Of a DNA stretch of 64,000 nucleotides, positions 1 through 12,985 are shown piece by piece. A program made the translations under genes and the position numbers. The stretch lies in NCBI GenBank assembly GCA_026025075.1, contig JAPEUI010000039.1, positions 62,001-126,000 on the forward strand, written 5' to 3'. The number at the start of each line of letters is the position of its first letter. Position 1 is the first letter of the stretch. Source of the stretch: Vezdaea acicularis (lineage: Eukaryota). The notes beneath the pieces are model-generated. The model worked only from the letters and a program-made list of their open reading frames with translations, did no database searches and was not told the origin of the DNA.

Positions 1-2651
1 CCTCAACTGTCCCTCGACTAGTTCATGGCCACGGTAAACCGCAAGGCTCAACACCCCCACAATCGAGTCATTGGCAACAGTCAAGAGATGTGCCGGAAAC
101 CACTTCAAATAGATCTCCTCTCCGCTCTTCAGAAGTAAACGATGGGGATTTCGACCAGGGGAGACCCGATGTTTTATCAACACTTACTCGGACTAATAGC
201 ACACGAAAAGAAGATCGACCACCTCCTTCGCCGCCACGACCGATACCGAGCTTTACTGAGCCTGAGGAACAAGCCTCAATTACTGCTGACGCTCGTTTGC
301 GAGAAGCTTTTCCCTTACATGGCATGAAGGGGGGCGAAATAGAGCAGGCAGGTCAACGAAACAAGACTCGGCCACAATTAGAGGCTCGGCAGCCTTTCTC
401 GAATCCACCGCAGTATGCAGGGTCAAACCCAGCAACACTTGGCTCGCCCCAAGGACAGCCTTCGTACCATGGTGGGAGAAATTGGGCGGTTCAAAGCCAG
501 CCGTACCACGGCCAGCATGGGTAAACAGCTTCCCATATGAGTATACTGAATTATACTGACAAAAACTAGTCAATCTGGGCAGCAATACTCCCCATCCCAG
601 ACATTCCGACCCAACCCATATCCTGCCTCGAGCTCATCACAAACCCAGTATTTTGCTGCCCCAAACTCTCATCACCATGTCTATTCACCCCCCAGTGCAA
701 TGCAGTCGAACTATCCGAATCAGCAATTCCGAGGCAATCACATCACCGCGAATCAAGAACGTCGCTTTCAGACATTTTCTCAGCCACAACGTGGGCGTGG
801 TGGTCATTTCACGAACTTGCACTGGAATGCACCTAACAATGGAAGAGGTATAGCTCGTGGGCAATACGATCATCAAACGATTGGCCTGCAGCAGCAAACT
901 TCAGCTACACCAGTGCACCAGAACGACGTTCAAGGAAGCGTTGCAAGCCCAGCACTCGAAGGTGGCGAGAATGAAATCCTCCAAATACCGAAAAGCCTAC
1001 AAAGAGGGGATGAGAGCGCGAGAGGAGATGTGGTCGATTCTGATGCTAGAAGCATGCCCCCTCCCACACGGGCGCTTCTGTTCATGCCACAAGAGAAGAG
1101 TGGCTCTAAAGTTAGCTTTACGCTAAAAGCTAAAGCCACAGCGGCCTCTACGCCGAAAGGAGATCTTTCTCAAAAGCTGAGAGAGCCTTCAGCTCGTCGT
1201 GATCCTTTCCCTCCAAATAATGGAAACAAAAATAGAGAGGATGCTAGACCCGCAACATCAGAGGACGGTTCTATGTCAATTGAGAAACCTCGCAGGGAAC
1301 CCCGAAAGGAAAAGAAGACCGAGCGACGAATGATATCAAGGCCAACTCTACAGCAGGAATTCGCAGCATCAAGCTCTGTGTATTTTAGGAAGCCTGGGAA
1401 TGAGTCGGTAGTTGGCTCAGGGACTTATGGCAAAGTTTTTAAAGCGATTCATGTCTATACCAAAAACATGGTGGCGTTAAAGAAAATTCGCATGGAAGGG
1501 GAGCGAGACGGCGTAAGTATTCCAATTATGATATGCTACCACGTCCCTGATACTGACTGTTTTTAGTTCCCAGTGACTGCAGTTCGTGAAATCAAACTTC
1601 TGCAATCCTTGAAACATCACAACGTCGTAAGTCTTCAAGAGGTTATGGTAGAAAAAAACGATTGCTTCATGGTTTTTGAATACCTCTCGCACGACTTGAC
1701 GGGACTCCTGAATCATCCGACCTTCAAGCTTGAGGAAGCCCATAAAAAGCATCTTGCAAAGCAGCTGTTCGAAGGCCTTGAATATTTGCACCGTCGAGGA
1801 GTTCTCCACCGGGACATTAAAGCTGCAAACATCCTGGTTAGCAATGAAGGTCAGCTGAAACTGGCGGACTTCGGACTTGCCCGTTTTTTCGCAAAGAGGA
1901 GGCAGCTTGACTATACCAACCGTGTTATCACCATCTGGTATCGGTCTCCGGAGCTTTTACTCGGCGAGACGCAATACGGTCCTGCGGTCGATATCTGGAG
2001 TGCCGCTTGCGTACTTGTTGAGATCTTCACCAGACATGCCATCTTTCCCGGCGATGGAGGCGAAATAAGTCAACTTGACAAAATCCATAATGTGCTGGGA
2101 ACTCCGACCACATCAGAATGGCCAGGACTGGTTGATATGGCATGGTTTGAACTTCTTCGCCCGACTGAAAAGAAGCCAAACGTCTTTGCGGAGAGGTACC
2201 AAAGGTGAGCGATAGATCGGTGTTTGCTCAGGAGTGATGGCTAACCCAAGACAAAAGCCGGCTCACAGCTCAAGCGTTCGACTTGTTATCTGCAATGTTT
2301 CTTTACGATCCTGCAAGACGACCAACCGCAAGTGAGGTGCTAGAACACCCTTATTTCATCGTAGAAGCGCCGAAAGCAAAGCAAGCCATTGAGTAAGCAC
2401 AACCAACCTACCTCTTTTAATGCTACTACGCTAAGATTTCATGAAGACTTCGAGACATTGAAGGGGACTGGCACGAATTCGAGTCTAAAGCGCTGCGAAA
2501 AGAGAATGAGCGTCAAGCGAAAGAGGCGCGAAAGGCTTATAGTAAAGAGCACCAGAGAGAGAAAGAGAAGCGCCGCGCGTCGACTGCTGCAAATGAGAGG
2601 GATTCGAAGCGTGCTCGACCAAACTCATCTCATAGCGCCGTTGGCACTTAG
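1..2651 (+). CDS. CTK1: CTD kinase Ctk1/Lsk1 (CDK12-like), 5' end outside the window; introns 521-569, 1513-1566, 2205-2257, 2393-2446
   Basis: GSGTYGKV, spliced ERDG|FPVTAVRE cyclin-binding helix, HRDIKAANIL, DFGLAR, YTNRVITIWYRSPE, C-terminal EGDWHEFESK; long low-complexity N-terminus. Confidence 0.92.
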
Positions 2652-3020
2652 TATGCGAGTATTTGACTGTCAATAGTCATACTGGCTAATATCTGTCCAT
2701 GATCATGTTCTAAAGGTACACCATCAGCATGTCCGGGGCATTTGTATTGCAGCATAGGCTTGTTTCAAGTTACCTGGGTTTGGTCTTCTCGGGTGATTTC
2801 TGTACATTAAGACCACGTTGGAAGCCGAGCGAGTAAGAAAGTCAACATAATGGGTCTCAGTGTAGAGCTCACTCTGAATAACTATAAATAATTCGCTCTA
2901 TATCTGCATGATCTCTCCTCTATCATTCGTGACCATGGAACGTCAAGTTCTACTATATTCCGCTATTGGTCTTGCTAAATCCTGTGACCGGATAAAGTCT
3001 TCATCACGTTTTATATAGGC

Positions 3021-4428
3021 TTACAATTTGCTCTCGCTACCCAAAAAACCATCTGCTATGGCCCTCAATAGTTGATTTGCTATTGCCGTTGGAGGCGGCA
3101 GCCTTAAACCCCCTTCTTTGTATCCTTCCGGGGGTTCTTCCCCTAAACCACTTGTACCAACCTTGAGTGCCTCTGCAATCTCCTCAATTGCAACCCATTT
3201 GGCGTCCTCGAGCTCTGGGTCATTCTTTAAGGCAATGTTCTCACCGTCCGGTGTTGCTTGCGCGATTGCCCCGATCATGAGGTTTGCTGGATATGGCCAC
3301 GGCTGCGTTGAATGTACCACCACCCGCCCAAGGTTTACCCCTGCCTCTTCCCATACCTCGCGACGCACAGCTTCCTCAATTGACTCTGCTGGCTCTACAA
3401 ATCCAGCAAGGGTACTGTACCAATGCTGAGGCCATCGCTTTTGACGACCGATAAGGATTCGGTGGGAATCATGTGAGACGACTGCCATGATGACCGTAGC
3501 GTCGGTGCGGGGAAATGCTATGTTATGTATACCCTTTCTCGTTGCACATGGCGGCCGTTCTCTCAGCTTCACTCGCTTCCCTTCTGTGGTCGTGTCCGCG
3601 ACCCCTGCAACTAGAGACATATCTGTGGGCGGGCACGTCCGTTTCGTTCCAGCATTGATGGAGAACGTGGGCTGGCCACATTGAGCACAGAAGGGATTCC
3701 GACTATTCCAGTCCACAAATGACCTACCCTGCGCGTATATAGCAGCTAGGATGCGGTCAGATCAACAGGGGCAATGATAGCAGGAGCTTCTAGCCTACCT
3801 TCTTGAGCAGAAAGCTTCATGTGATGACGGCCCTCCAAAAATGTCAAGCCACGCCCTTGCATATCTTTGATTAGGGTGTTTGCTTGTGTCTCTATAGATC
3901 CCTTTGGAGTGATATCTAGAGCAAAGTATGGGACACCTGAGAAAGTATTAGAGGCGTGGAGGTGCTCGACACCATTCCTCTTTTGTTCGTCGAGGCCTAG
4001 GAATACTAGAATGGGCACCATCACGGACGAGTCATATTCTGATATGATCTGCGCCTCCTCCTTAGAGAATGGATTTTGTCCGATCAAAGAGGTCACATCT
4101 TTGTAGCTAGCAAACTCTAATTTAGTTTCGTCTTGTACTAATGGGGCGAGGTCTTTGAGTAGTAGAAAGGAAGCTGTGGGATGGACGAGCGCTTTTGATA
4201 GAAATGCATGGTCTGTTCGTAAGAACGATACCCGATTGAGTGGTGACCCTGCGGAGTGATTAGTCGGCTTTGTCATAACACGGGCAGGTCCATTATTGCA
4301 ACAGACTGTAGGCGCAGGATAGATGGCAGACCAGAAAAGTAATTAGCGATCTCCTTGCCAAACTTTCGCGACAGCATAGAGTCCAAATCCGGTTGAGCAG
4401 GCTCGGGCAATTGAGGGTATTCTGGCAT
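3021..4428 (-). CDS. NPY1: Peroxisomal NADH pyrophosphatase (NudC family Nudix hydrolase); introns ~4249-4331 and ~3746-3798
   Basis: FCAQCG zinc ribbon, Nudix box GFVEPAESIEEAVRREVWEEAG, TQPWPYPANLM signature, C-terminal SKL (PTS1). Confidence 0.93.
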
Positions 4429-4937
4429 CTCAAAGTTGATTAGCGAAGTGAGGCTCGAGGGTTGTAAGAGCTACCTCGCAAGTTCGTCAAGATGCTTAAA
4501 TGCTTTTCACTTTCGCGTTCGCAAAGGCCATGACATCATTTTCGCCTTCCCTGTGATGTTTTTGACATAACGTGTCTATACACGCATAAGTTTTGAGGAG
4601 AGATCAAATTCTCAACGCTAGTGAAAATATGCTTAGTTTCGATGCGCTCTGCTGTAACCTGTTTATGTAGCACATCCGTTCTGCCATCCTGTCGGCCATG
4701 GACCCGTGCCCGTGTCGCGATTGAGGTTCGAAAACATGTATAACAGGTCTATAAACCTAGATTACTATTCACAAAATACAATTTTAAAGCCATTTCTGGT
4801 ATGGTCTGATTCTTTCCGTTCCAATGGTTCATACACGCCCCCGTTGTTCATTTGCTCGCTCCAGATGGTCCTGAATTTTCCGTTTGAAGATGTCCTATCA
4901 TCGCCATTTTTGCCTTTCACAATCGTGCAAAGTCCTG

Positions 4938-5436
4938 TCAACTAAATCTATCTCCCTTCTTTGCACGATATGGTTCAGACGCTTCGTATTTACCCTTCTC
5001 TTTCGCTCGCTGCTTCTCGGTGACGGGTGCGTGTCTCGTAGGCGCAGGATCCTGACCTGCTTCTTGGCTTGGACTACCAGCGTGGTCGGAACCTCGATGA
5101 GGCATGCTCTGAGGTGGATGCGAATGCTCTAAGGATTCTGATAGCCGCTGACGTCTCATTTCTGCTTCATATCGTGCTGCTCGTTCGGCATTGATGGATT
5201 TCTTCGCAAAATAGTATGCTCCCCCGCCAGCTGAGACCCTGGTCAATTATGTATGAAGTAAGATGGGTTCTTAGAGTTACCAATCACAAGTGACCCCCAG
5301 CCCAGCCTTGAATGCATACTCAGCACTAACGCGAGCCTCAGACATATGGTGCAGGCTTACCAGAAAGATTTCACCTGAAAGTCGTTAGAGGCGTGGGTAA
5401 GGTATAATCGAAAGCTAGAAAACTCACAGTATTCAT
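4938..5436 (-). CDS. Small conserved fungal single-TM protein (DUF4748-like) with three 5' micro-exons
   Basis: Exons 5428-5436, 5361-5374, 5281-5306 and 4938-5230 splice to MNTVKSFWLGWGSLVIAGGGAYYFAKKSINAER...; family name from recall. Confidence 0.75.
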
Positions 5437-5929
5437 TTTGGAAGGCAACTCGCAGCTTCAATTGCATTAAGAATAGGGATTTTGCGTAACTGTATAATAA
5501 ACATGGTAAGATGTCCGCCTTGATTAAGTCTTGCTGGAGTGATGCTCGTTCTATGCAAGCCTCCTATACTGACATGTAAGAGTTGGGCGCCCGTTCCCCT
5601 CGCTAATCGTAATAGTCAATGCAATCTTGTCAACGGAGGGCCTCAGGATTGATTGGTATCAAAAAGTAACTATGGGCACAAGGTGTTGAAAAAAAAAAGA
5701 CTTCAGGAGTTTGAAATATTGGGACAGTATTTTAAGATATAATTCTAGACCCGGTTGGTCGTAACCGACCAGCTAGGTTTGAGTAGTTTCCAACGCCTTA
5801 CTCGACAGCAAAAGCCCCCAAAAGATCCCTCTCCCACAAAAATGCCCAATCCCTATATACTTTGATTTGAGTTAATATCCCATTGGAATATCCAGAAAGC
5901 CATGACTTTAGATCTCAGCGTTTCTCTTG

Positions 5930-7000
5930 TTACTTCCAAAACCAACCCTTCGGCCTATCCATTTGGCTGCTAGGACCTCGTAGTAATTTAGCCTCATCAA
6001 GTGCTTCGATAGCAGGTGAAGGCTTTTGGGTCGTTTGGACGGTTTCACTGCTCTCCTCTCTGCCATCTGCAAACCGTTTCTTAAAGACAATCTTGGTATT
6101 GACACTACCATCTGAAGCAACTGTACGTTGTGTAGTTGTTATGGTCGCTACAATATCAGAAAATCTCACCCTCTCTTGATGTGATTCCGTGGGATTCTCT
6201 GTTTGCGGTTTCATCGACGAAGGAGGGAGTGGCTTCTGTCCGAAAAAGTGTTCATACATGTCCATCTCGGTTCTCGGAGCCGTATCATCGTACGTGCGAG
6301 CACACGCATCTCCATCTTCGTTGTTGAGAACCTTCGAACCATGTTCGTACGTAGTTGAGACCTCCAATCGAAATATATCCTCAAGCCAATCTGCCCAATG
6401 CTTCCCGCCCCTAGTCGCTTCTGAGTAAGCTCGATCCACCATCTCATGTCCCTTTTCGGAAAGAATCAGATCTTCAAACGCATCCCGCCACTTAAGCGAG
6501 CTAGTGTTTTGCTCTAGGAGCAAAGGCGAGTAGCTGCTATAGAGTAGATAGCCTGGCAGCCATCCAACGGAATAATGCGGAGACCTGGAAGGGCAGCTCC
6601 TGGGAAAGACATTGTCAATATCCCTCACTCTGGAGAGGACGGCAAGAAGTACTGGCGACTGCGGCGAAGTTGGCGATTGGGCGCCAAGCTGGTGATTTGA
6701 ATGCTTTCTGTCCTCCTGTAAGTGTCTTTTTGGGCTTTCTTCTTGCTGCAAACGCTCGTGCCATTCATCAGCGGAGACGGCTCCCCCCCAAGACCGCATC
6801 TCTTTCCCCTTACGTGCACGTTCGTCCTCTAGTTGCTGCCACTGCAGCGTCGATGAGAGGGCAGAAGGAAGCCCTAATAAATTCTGTAAGAGGGAGGAGA
6901 ACTTTGCATCAGCAAAACGACGAAATGTGATGAATGGATTTTCCTCATCAGCTTGCTGGTGGCTTTGTGGATCGTCTCGGTCTGGAGGAGGTGCGGCCAT
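5930..7000 (-). CDS. Conserved Pezizomycotina hypothetical protein, 356 aa
   Basis: Intronless ORF with ENPFITFRRFAD, YSSYSPLLLE, WRDAFEDL, TEMDMYE, FKKRFADGREE and terminal GWFW blocks. Confidence 0.8.
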   Translation of the reverse strand: MAAPPPDRDDPQSHQQADEENPFITFRRFADAKFSSLLQNLLGLPSALSSTLQWQQLEDERARKGKEMRSWGGAVSADEWHERLQQEESPKRHLQEDRKHSNHQLGAQSPTSPQSPVLLAVLSRVRDIDNVFPRSCPSRSPHYSVGWLPGYLLYSSYSPLLLEQNTSSLKWRDAFEDLILSEKGHEMVDRAYSEATRGGKHWADWLEDIFRLEVSTTYEHGSKVLNNEDGDACARTYDDTAPRTEMDMYEHFFGQKPLPPSSMKPQTENPTESHQERVRFSDIVATITTTQRTVASDGSVNTKIVFKKRFADGREESSETVQTTQKPSPAIEALDEAKLLRGPSSQMDRPKGWFWK

Positions 7001-7490
7001 ATCTGGAATGCGTTAAAATTTTGTTCTGGATTCGTTCTCTTTCATTACCCTAGGGTTGACCAACCCAAGGGTGAGCTTGTGATGTGGAAGAATGATGGCG
7101 GCTGGCGGCTAGCACTTGGTGTTGGGGCGATGCGATATCGTTTCCGTCGCCAGGTTTATCATCCACCTTTATTTACAGGTGCTGCTCTTATTATCATAAT
7201 CTTGACTGGCTTATTCCAAAAGTGTTTCAAACATGTAAGCACTTCTGGAAACTTAAAAGAGAATTTCGTGGCTGTGTGGGGTCAGTCAGATGATTAGAGC
7301 ATTAGCATAGCGCACTTCTCATTCTGCGTATCCCATCTAATGCGGTTTGCGAGAGCCGTAAGCTTACGACCGGCACGCCCGACTGTATAAGACTTTGGTA
7401 ACTGGCCTTCTTGTTGCGTGTGATATTTGACCATTGTTTGACTTCGTAGACACTTCTGAAAATACTTTGCTGGACCTAGTGAGCTCTGGA

Positions 7491-10101
7491 ATGCCGCCAA
7501 AGCGTAAGGCTCCAACGAGTATGTAGTGACGCGATCGTGAGTAGTTCATATATATACTAACTCAAATCTAGCTGGGCGAGGCAGCACCGCATTGAAAAGA
7601 TCTACGCCTGCCGCTGGAACGCCGCAAAGTATTGGCAGCACTGATGAATACACCCAGGACGAAGAGGAGGCTGACGCAAGTGGGGCGGAGGGCATACAAC
7701 GTATGAATTGTATAAACAGCCCTTTGAAAATCGCGAACCTAACATTGCTACTCTAGATGTCATCGACATGCTGTCGGTCAAAGCAAACACAAGCAAGAAG
7801 CGTAAGGTTCAGAGCTTAGAACAACCTTTCGATGAGCGCTTTGGGAGGGGTAATTTTCAGGACCTTCCATTGAAGCCGGACCATGAGTCTCGACCTCTTT
7901 GGGTCGATCCCCTAAGAGCCAGAATAATCCTAGAAAGCTTCTCTCCACTCGCATCGCAGGCCCAAGACTTCTTGACTACAGTTGCTGAGCCTCAGTCACG
8001 GCCTACCCATCTTCATGAGTATACAATTACTCAACATAGCCTATACGCCGCGGTTTCGATCGGCCTAAATCCGAACGATATCATAAATGTGCTAGATCGA
8101 CTCTCAAAAAGCCCAGTATCTGAGTCTATCAGAGACTGGATCACTACCAACACAAACCACTTTGGTAAGCTAAAGCTGGTGCTCAAGCATAACACGTACT
8201 TCCTTGAGAGCGACGACCCAGAAACTTTACAAATTCTACTCAAAGACCCCATAATTGGTCCATTAAGAGTCAATGTGACAGAAGAGTTAACCAAAGAACT
8301 GGCGCCGAAGAGGGGCGCGCTTGTAATTCCTGGCACCAAGGACGCTGCCGGAGTCCAACAAAATCTGGAGCCAGGCGGAGGCTCGAGTTCAGGGGCAAAT
8401 GAACGTATTCAAGAAGATGACATTTTTGTTAAACTGAGAGAGGAGGACGATGATGATGAAGATGTCGACCAGGTGCACTCTTTTGAGGTAGAGAGCAGTA
8501 GTATCGAGACTGTCAAAAAACGGTGCCTTGTCATCGGGTATCCGTTGCTTGCAGAATACGACTTCCGAAACGATGAGGTCAATGCTACCCTTGACATTGA
8601 TCTGAAGACTTCAGCAAAGATTCGTGATTACCAAGAGAAGAGTCTGAGCAAGATGTTCGGTAATGGCCGTGCCAAAAGTGGAATCATCGTGCTTCCCTGC
8701 GGTGCCGGAAAGACGTTGGTAGGGATAACAGCCGCATGTACAATCAAGAAAGGAGTCATCATTCTTTGTACTAGCTCCATGTCTGTTGTGCAGTGGAAGA
8801 ACGAGTTCCTCAAATGGTCAAATATCAATCCAAACGATATCGCAATCTTTACATCAGATCGGAAGGAGCACTTTACGAGGAACACTGGAATAATTGTTTC
8901 CAACTACTCTATGGTTTCGAACACGACAAAGAGGTCGCACGATTCTGAGAAAATGATGAAATTCATCCAAGATCGGGAATGGGGACTAATGATACTTGAC
9001 GAAGTCCACGTTGTCCCAGCATCAATGTTTCGGAAAGTAACATCCGGCATACGATCTCATTGCAAACTTGGCCTTACTGCGACATTGCTCCGGGAAGATG
9101 ATAAGATAACAGATTTGAACTTCTTGATCGGTCCAAAGCTCTACGAAGCGAACTGGATGGAGCTCGCCGATCAAGGTCACATCGCCAAAGTCCAATGCGC
9201 TGAGGTCTGGTGTCCGATGACTACGGAGTTCATGCAGGAGTACCTGCACGAGAAATCTCGTAAGGCTTCATTACTATACATCATGAACCCCCGTAAGTTC
9301 CAAGCTTGCCAGTTCTTGATCGACTATCACGAGAAGCGGGGCGATAAAGTTATTGTCTTCTCAGATAATGTGTACGCCTTGGAGCGCTACGCCCTGAAGC
9401 TAGGGAAGGCATATATCCATGGTGGCACACCTCAAATGGAGCGGCTGCGCATCCTTGAGAACTTTCAGTATAATGAGAAGATTAATACAGTCTTCCTCTC
9501 TAAGGTGGGGGACACTTCTCTTGATCTACCTGAAGCTACTTGTCTTATCCAGATCTCGTCCCATTACGGATCTCGACGCCAGGAAGCACAACGTTTAGGG
9601 CGTATACTACGAGCCAAGCGCCGTAACGATGAAGGCTTCAATGCCTTTTTCTACTCTCTGGTGTCCAAAGACACGCAGGAAATGTACTACTCTTCCAAGC
9701 GTCAGGCATTCTTGGTCGACCAGGGCTATGCGTTCAAGGTCATCACTCACCTGCAAGGCATTGAGAATTTACCGCAATTAGCCTATGCGGCAGCGTCGGA
9801 GCGTCGGGAGCTCTTACAGGAGGTTATGCTACAGAATGAATCCAGCGCCGACGTCGAGAAAGTTGTCGACGACCTGTTCGGTGGCCGAGGGCATATGAAA
9901 GGCAAGAAAGGTATGAGGCGAACTGCAGGTATGCTGAGCGACTTGAGTGGAGGGCAGGATATGGCATATATTGAGTATAACAAAAGCAAGAACAAGGACC
10001 TGAAGAAGGGCAAGGGAGGGAACAATCCATTTTTCAAAAAGCTGGAACGTGAAGCGAAACGAAGAAAGGCGGCTTTGGTAGCTGCTGCTCAGGATAAATG
10101 A
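7491..10101 (+). CDS. SSL2: TFIIH XPB DNA helicase/translocase; introns 7519-7571, 7701-7756
   Basis: MPPKRKAP start; [13 protein letters not shown]alker [17 protein letters not shown] (RED motif), [11 protein letters not shown]. Confidence 0.97.
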
Positions 10102-10222
10102 TCAGTAGCATGAAGGTCGGGCGGAGCGGGGGAGCATCGTGAGTGGCGTTGGGAATGTGCATTTAGGCTTAGCAGGCGGTGGATCCAACATGTTCATCTG
10201 ATCATTATCATATGCGATCTGC

Positions 10223-11394
10223 TCAGGTCCCCCACACTCTCGTAATTCCATCACTGCCACCACTCGCCCATTCTCCCCTTTTCTCATTCCACACCACACA
10301 GCTTACTGCCTTGTCGCCGTGCACACCTTCCACTTTCGCCAGGACCGTTCCTTCAAGCGTGTCCCAAACCATCACCGTGCCATTCTCGCTACCGCTCACC
10401 ACACACCTGTCATGCATGGCCAAAGTCGACCGTATCCGATAAGCGCTATTCGCATGTCCCGTGTACGATTGCAAAAGCCGCCCGGTCGCTTTGTCGAGCA
10501 GGAGTATCTGGGCCGGCGCCGTAGACGCGGAGGCAGGTTCGGGTGGTAGCGTCGAAAGCAGGAACGCGGTGCCGTCGGTAGTAAGGGTGAGGGACGTGAC
10601 CGGCTCTATATATAAAGGACGTTAGATCCTAGCCCAAAAAGGTGCCTTCAATGAAAGTAGAGACGCACGCCCCACCACGTCTACATAGACGAGCCCCATC
10701 CTCAGATCATACACGCGCACTCTCCCGTCGACGCCGCCAGCGAATACCTCGTGCTCGCGCACGGCAACGCTCATGACGCTGTCCCGCGCTTCCTCGAAGA
10801 CCTGGATCGGTTTCGTGCTCGAGGACTTCGTGTCCCAGAGGCGGACAGTAGCGTCGTAACTACCTGTGAAAACCATCCCCGTTAGGAACCCTTATCAATA
10901 CCACCAGCAGCTCTATCCGATGATTGGAAATATCTCATACCCGTGACCACCACGCTCCCCCCTTCGCCCGCCCAGCAGCAATCATTCACGCGGCCGGAAT
11001 GCCCCGCCCATCTCCGAATCGTCTTTGCCTCGGCGACATCCCAGAGGAAGACGAGCTTATCGCCGCCGACGGACACGAAGTTTGCGTTTGAAGAGTGTAC
11101 GGCGATGGCGAGGACCTCGTAGCCGTGTGCAGAGTATGTCTGGATGAGTTTTGGCCCTGCTGGGGCGGGAGTGGCAGAAAATGGTGTTGCTGCGGGTGCG
11201 GTGGATGGGAAGGGGTTGTAGAGACTGATGGTTCGATGGCCCCCACTAAGCAGGTACTGCCCCGCCCCCGCAGAATAGGCCAAGGCGTGAATGGCGCCTT
11301 TGAGAGCGTTAATTCCGGGGTTACGTTTGAGGAATACGGATACGTTACCATGTTTCGTCTCAAATTGGGTGAGTAGGCTGGTTGGGAAGGTCAT
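10223..11394 (-). CDS. WDR83: WD40 repeat protein WDR83/MORG1-like, multi-exon
   Basis: LIQTYSAHGYEV, SVGGDKLVFLWDV, GSYDATVRLWD, GGVDGRVRVYDLRMG and YTGHANSAYRI blocks across three ORFs joined by introns. Confidence 0.85.
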
Positions 11395-11822
11395 TAAATG
11401 CTTGTGAAGGTGGGCTTGGTGGGATGATGCATCGCTAAGCTTTGGGCCCCCCTATGTTAGGGGAAACCGAGCAATTGAGGCAAATATCAACGAATCTAGC
11501 ATCTTTCACGCCTCATTTTAGTCTCCTATAGTATTTGGAAATGAATCCGCTGCGCAGATATCACTACCCTCGATTGGCTCAAAGAGTATTGTCCAAGACA
11601 TTGTGTTAATGGGTGTGCACCTGATCGCATTGATGCAGCCCTATCAAAGGAAGTATCTATGCAACCCCCTCCCCCCCTTTTAAGTCATCTGCGTTGGGAT
11701 CGGTATTTTTCCTTTCCACATCCAAGTGAAAGATCTCAGGATCCCCTTTAACGCCATTGCTTGATGCACATTGATCGACAGCCAGTATGTCTGACAAGGA
11801 GATCGTTCAAGCCCTTCTTGCT

Positions 11823-12985
11823 TCACTTCAATGCTTCGAGCGCTCTTTCAAGATCCTTCTCTGGTACCATCACGTTGCCAGCTCTTGCTGTACTTAGATA
11901 GGTCATTTCTATCACGGGGGGAGCATCAGACATGGCTGATGTACTCCCCCCGACAAGCCTTCCCGCTACACCACAGACTATGCCTGTCGACTCTAGCGGA
12001 AGATTGCGCAGGTCGAGAGTAATTGGGATCAAAAGGTCTTTCGTATTGCCAATGAGGGCTTTATCGCTCTTGAAAAGATGGATGAGGTGCTCCTCTACCA
12101 TGATTGACGCCGAATCTCGATCAGTCAAAGTTACGCTGAAGAAGGCAGGTCTTGAGATGATGCATTCGATAAGACCGAGCTTCAAGTACGCAAGCCCATC
12201 TAAGCCCTGGTTCGCTCCAGCGCAGCTGATGAGCCTAATGTTCGGGTTTGGAGTTGGAACGATCCCATGACGTTCTAGCCCGGCAAAAGTCCGCGCCTGT
12301 AGCTCACTGATGCTGCTCGGGGGTGGGGTCGAGGGAGGTACAAGATCGTTGGAGGACGAAGTCGACGGATTGTTACGCTGGTGGCCGCCCGTAAAGGCAT
12401 TGCTAGCAAAAGCAAACCCTTGCTTTTCGAGTGCCTTTGCGACCTGAGCCTTGGATTTGATCGGCACCAGCATGAAATCAGCCCAGTACGTTGTGATGAA
12501 GAAAATGGAGCTGCTCCAGTTAGCAGGCAGACAGGGAAGATGCTATAAGGCAGGACATACATTCCCGCCATCGCGAGCGGGCCGGTTAGCTCGAGCATGC
12601 GTTGGCCCGCATCCATCACGCCCTCTCCTTCCACACATATTGCTACAAAGTCGTCCTTCGAAATGGATACCTTGTTTCGTGTGGCCTGATCGAGGGAATC
12701 TAGGACTGGTTCGAAGTATGTTTTGACTAATTGCACTGGACATACCACAGAGAGCTCCACAGGTGTGATGGAAATGTTGGCAAAGCCTATTCGGTCCTTT
12801 CCTCTGACATTGGGGCCGGACAGCGTCGACGTGTCTCTCCTATCAGACCTTTGAGGGGGCGTCTCTTCTCCTAGCAGCAGCTGGAGGACGGGCTGAACAA
12901 AGTAAGGGAACAGATCCAAGGGGATATGGATCAAGCTCAACTTGCCATCCTGCTCGGAAGGTTGGTGATGCCATGCGAATTGCAT
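11823..12985 (-). CDS. CASTOR/GATS-like ACT-domain protein; start codon uncertain; intron ~12514-12561
   Basis: LSLIHIPL, FANISITPVELSVVC, GQRMLELTGPLAMAG|FFITTYWADFMLVP, LDLRNLPLESTGIVCGVAG, YLSTARAG. Confidence 0.8.
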
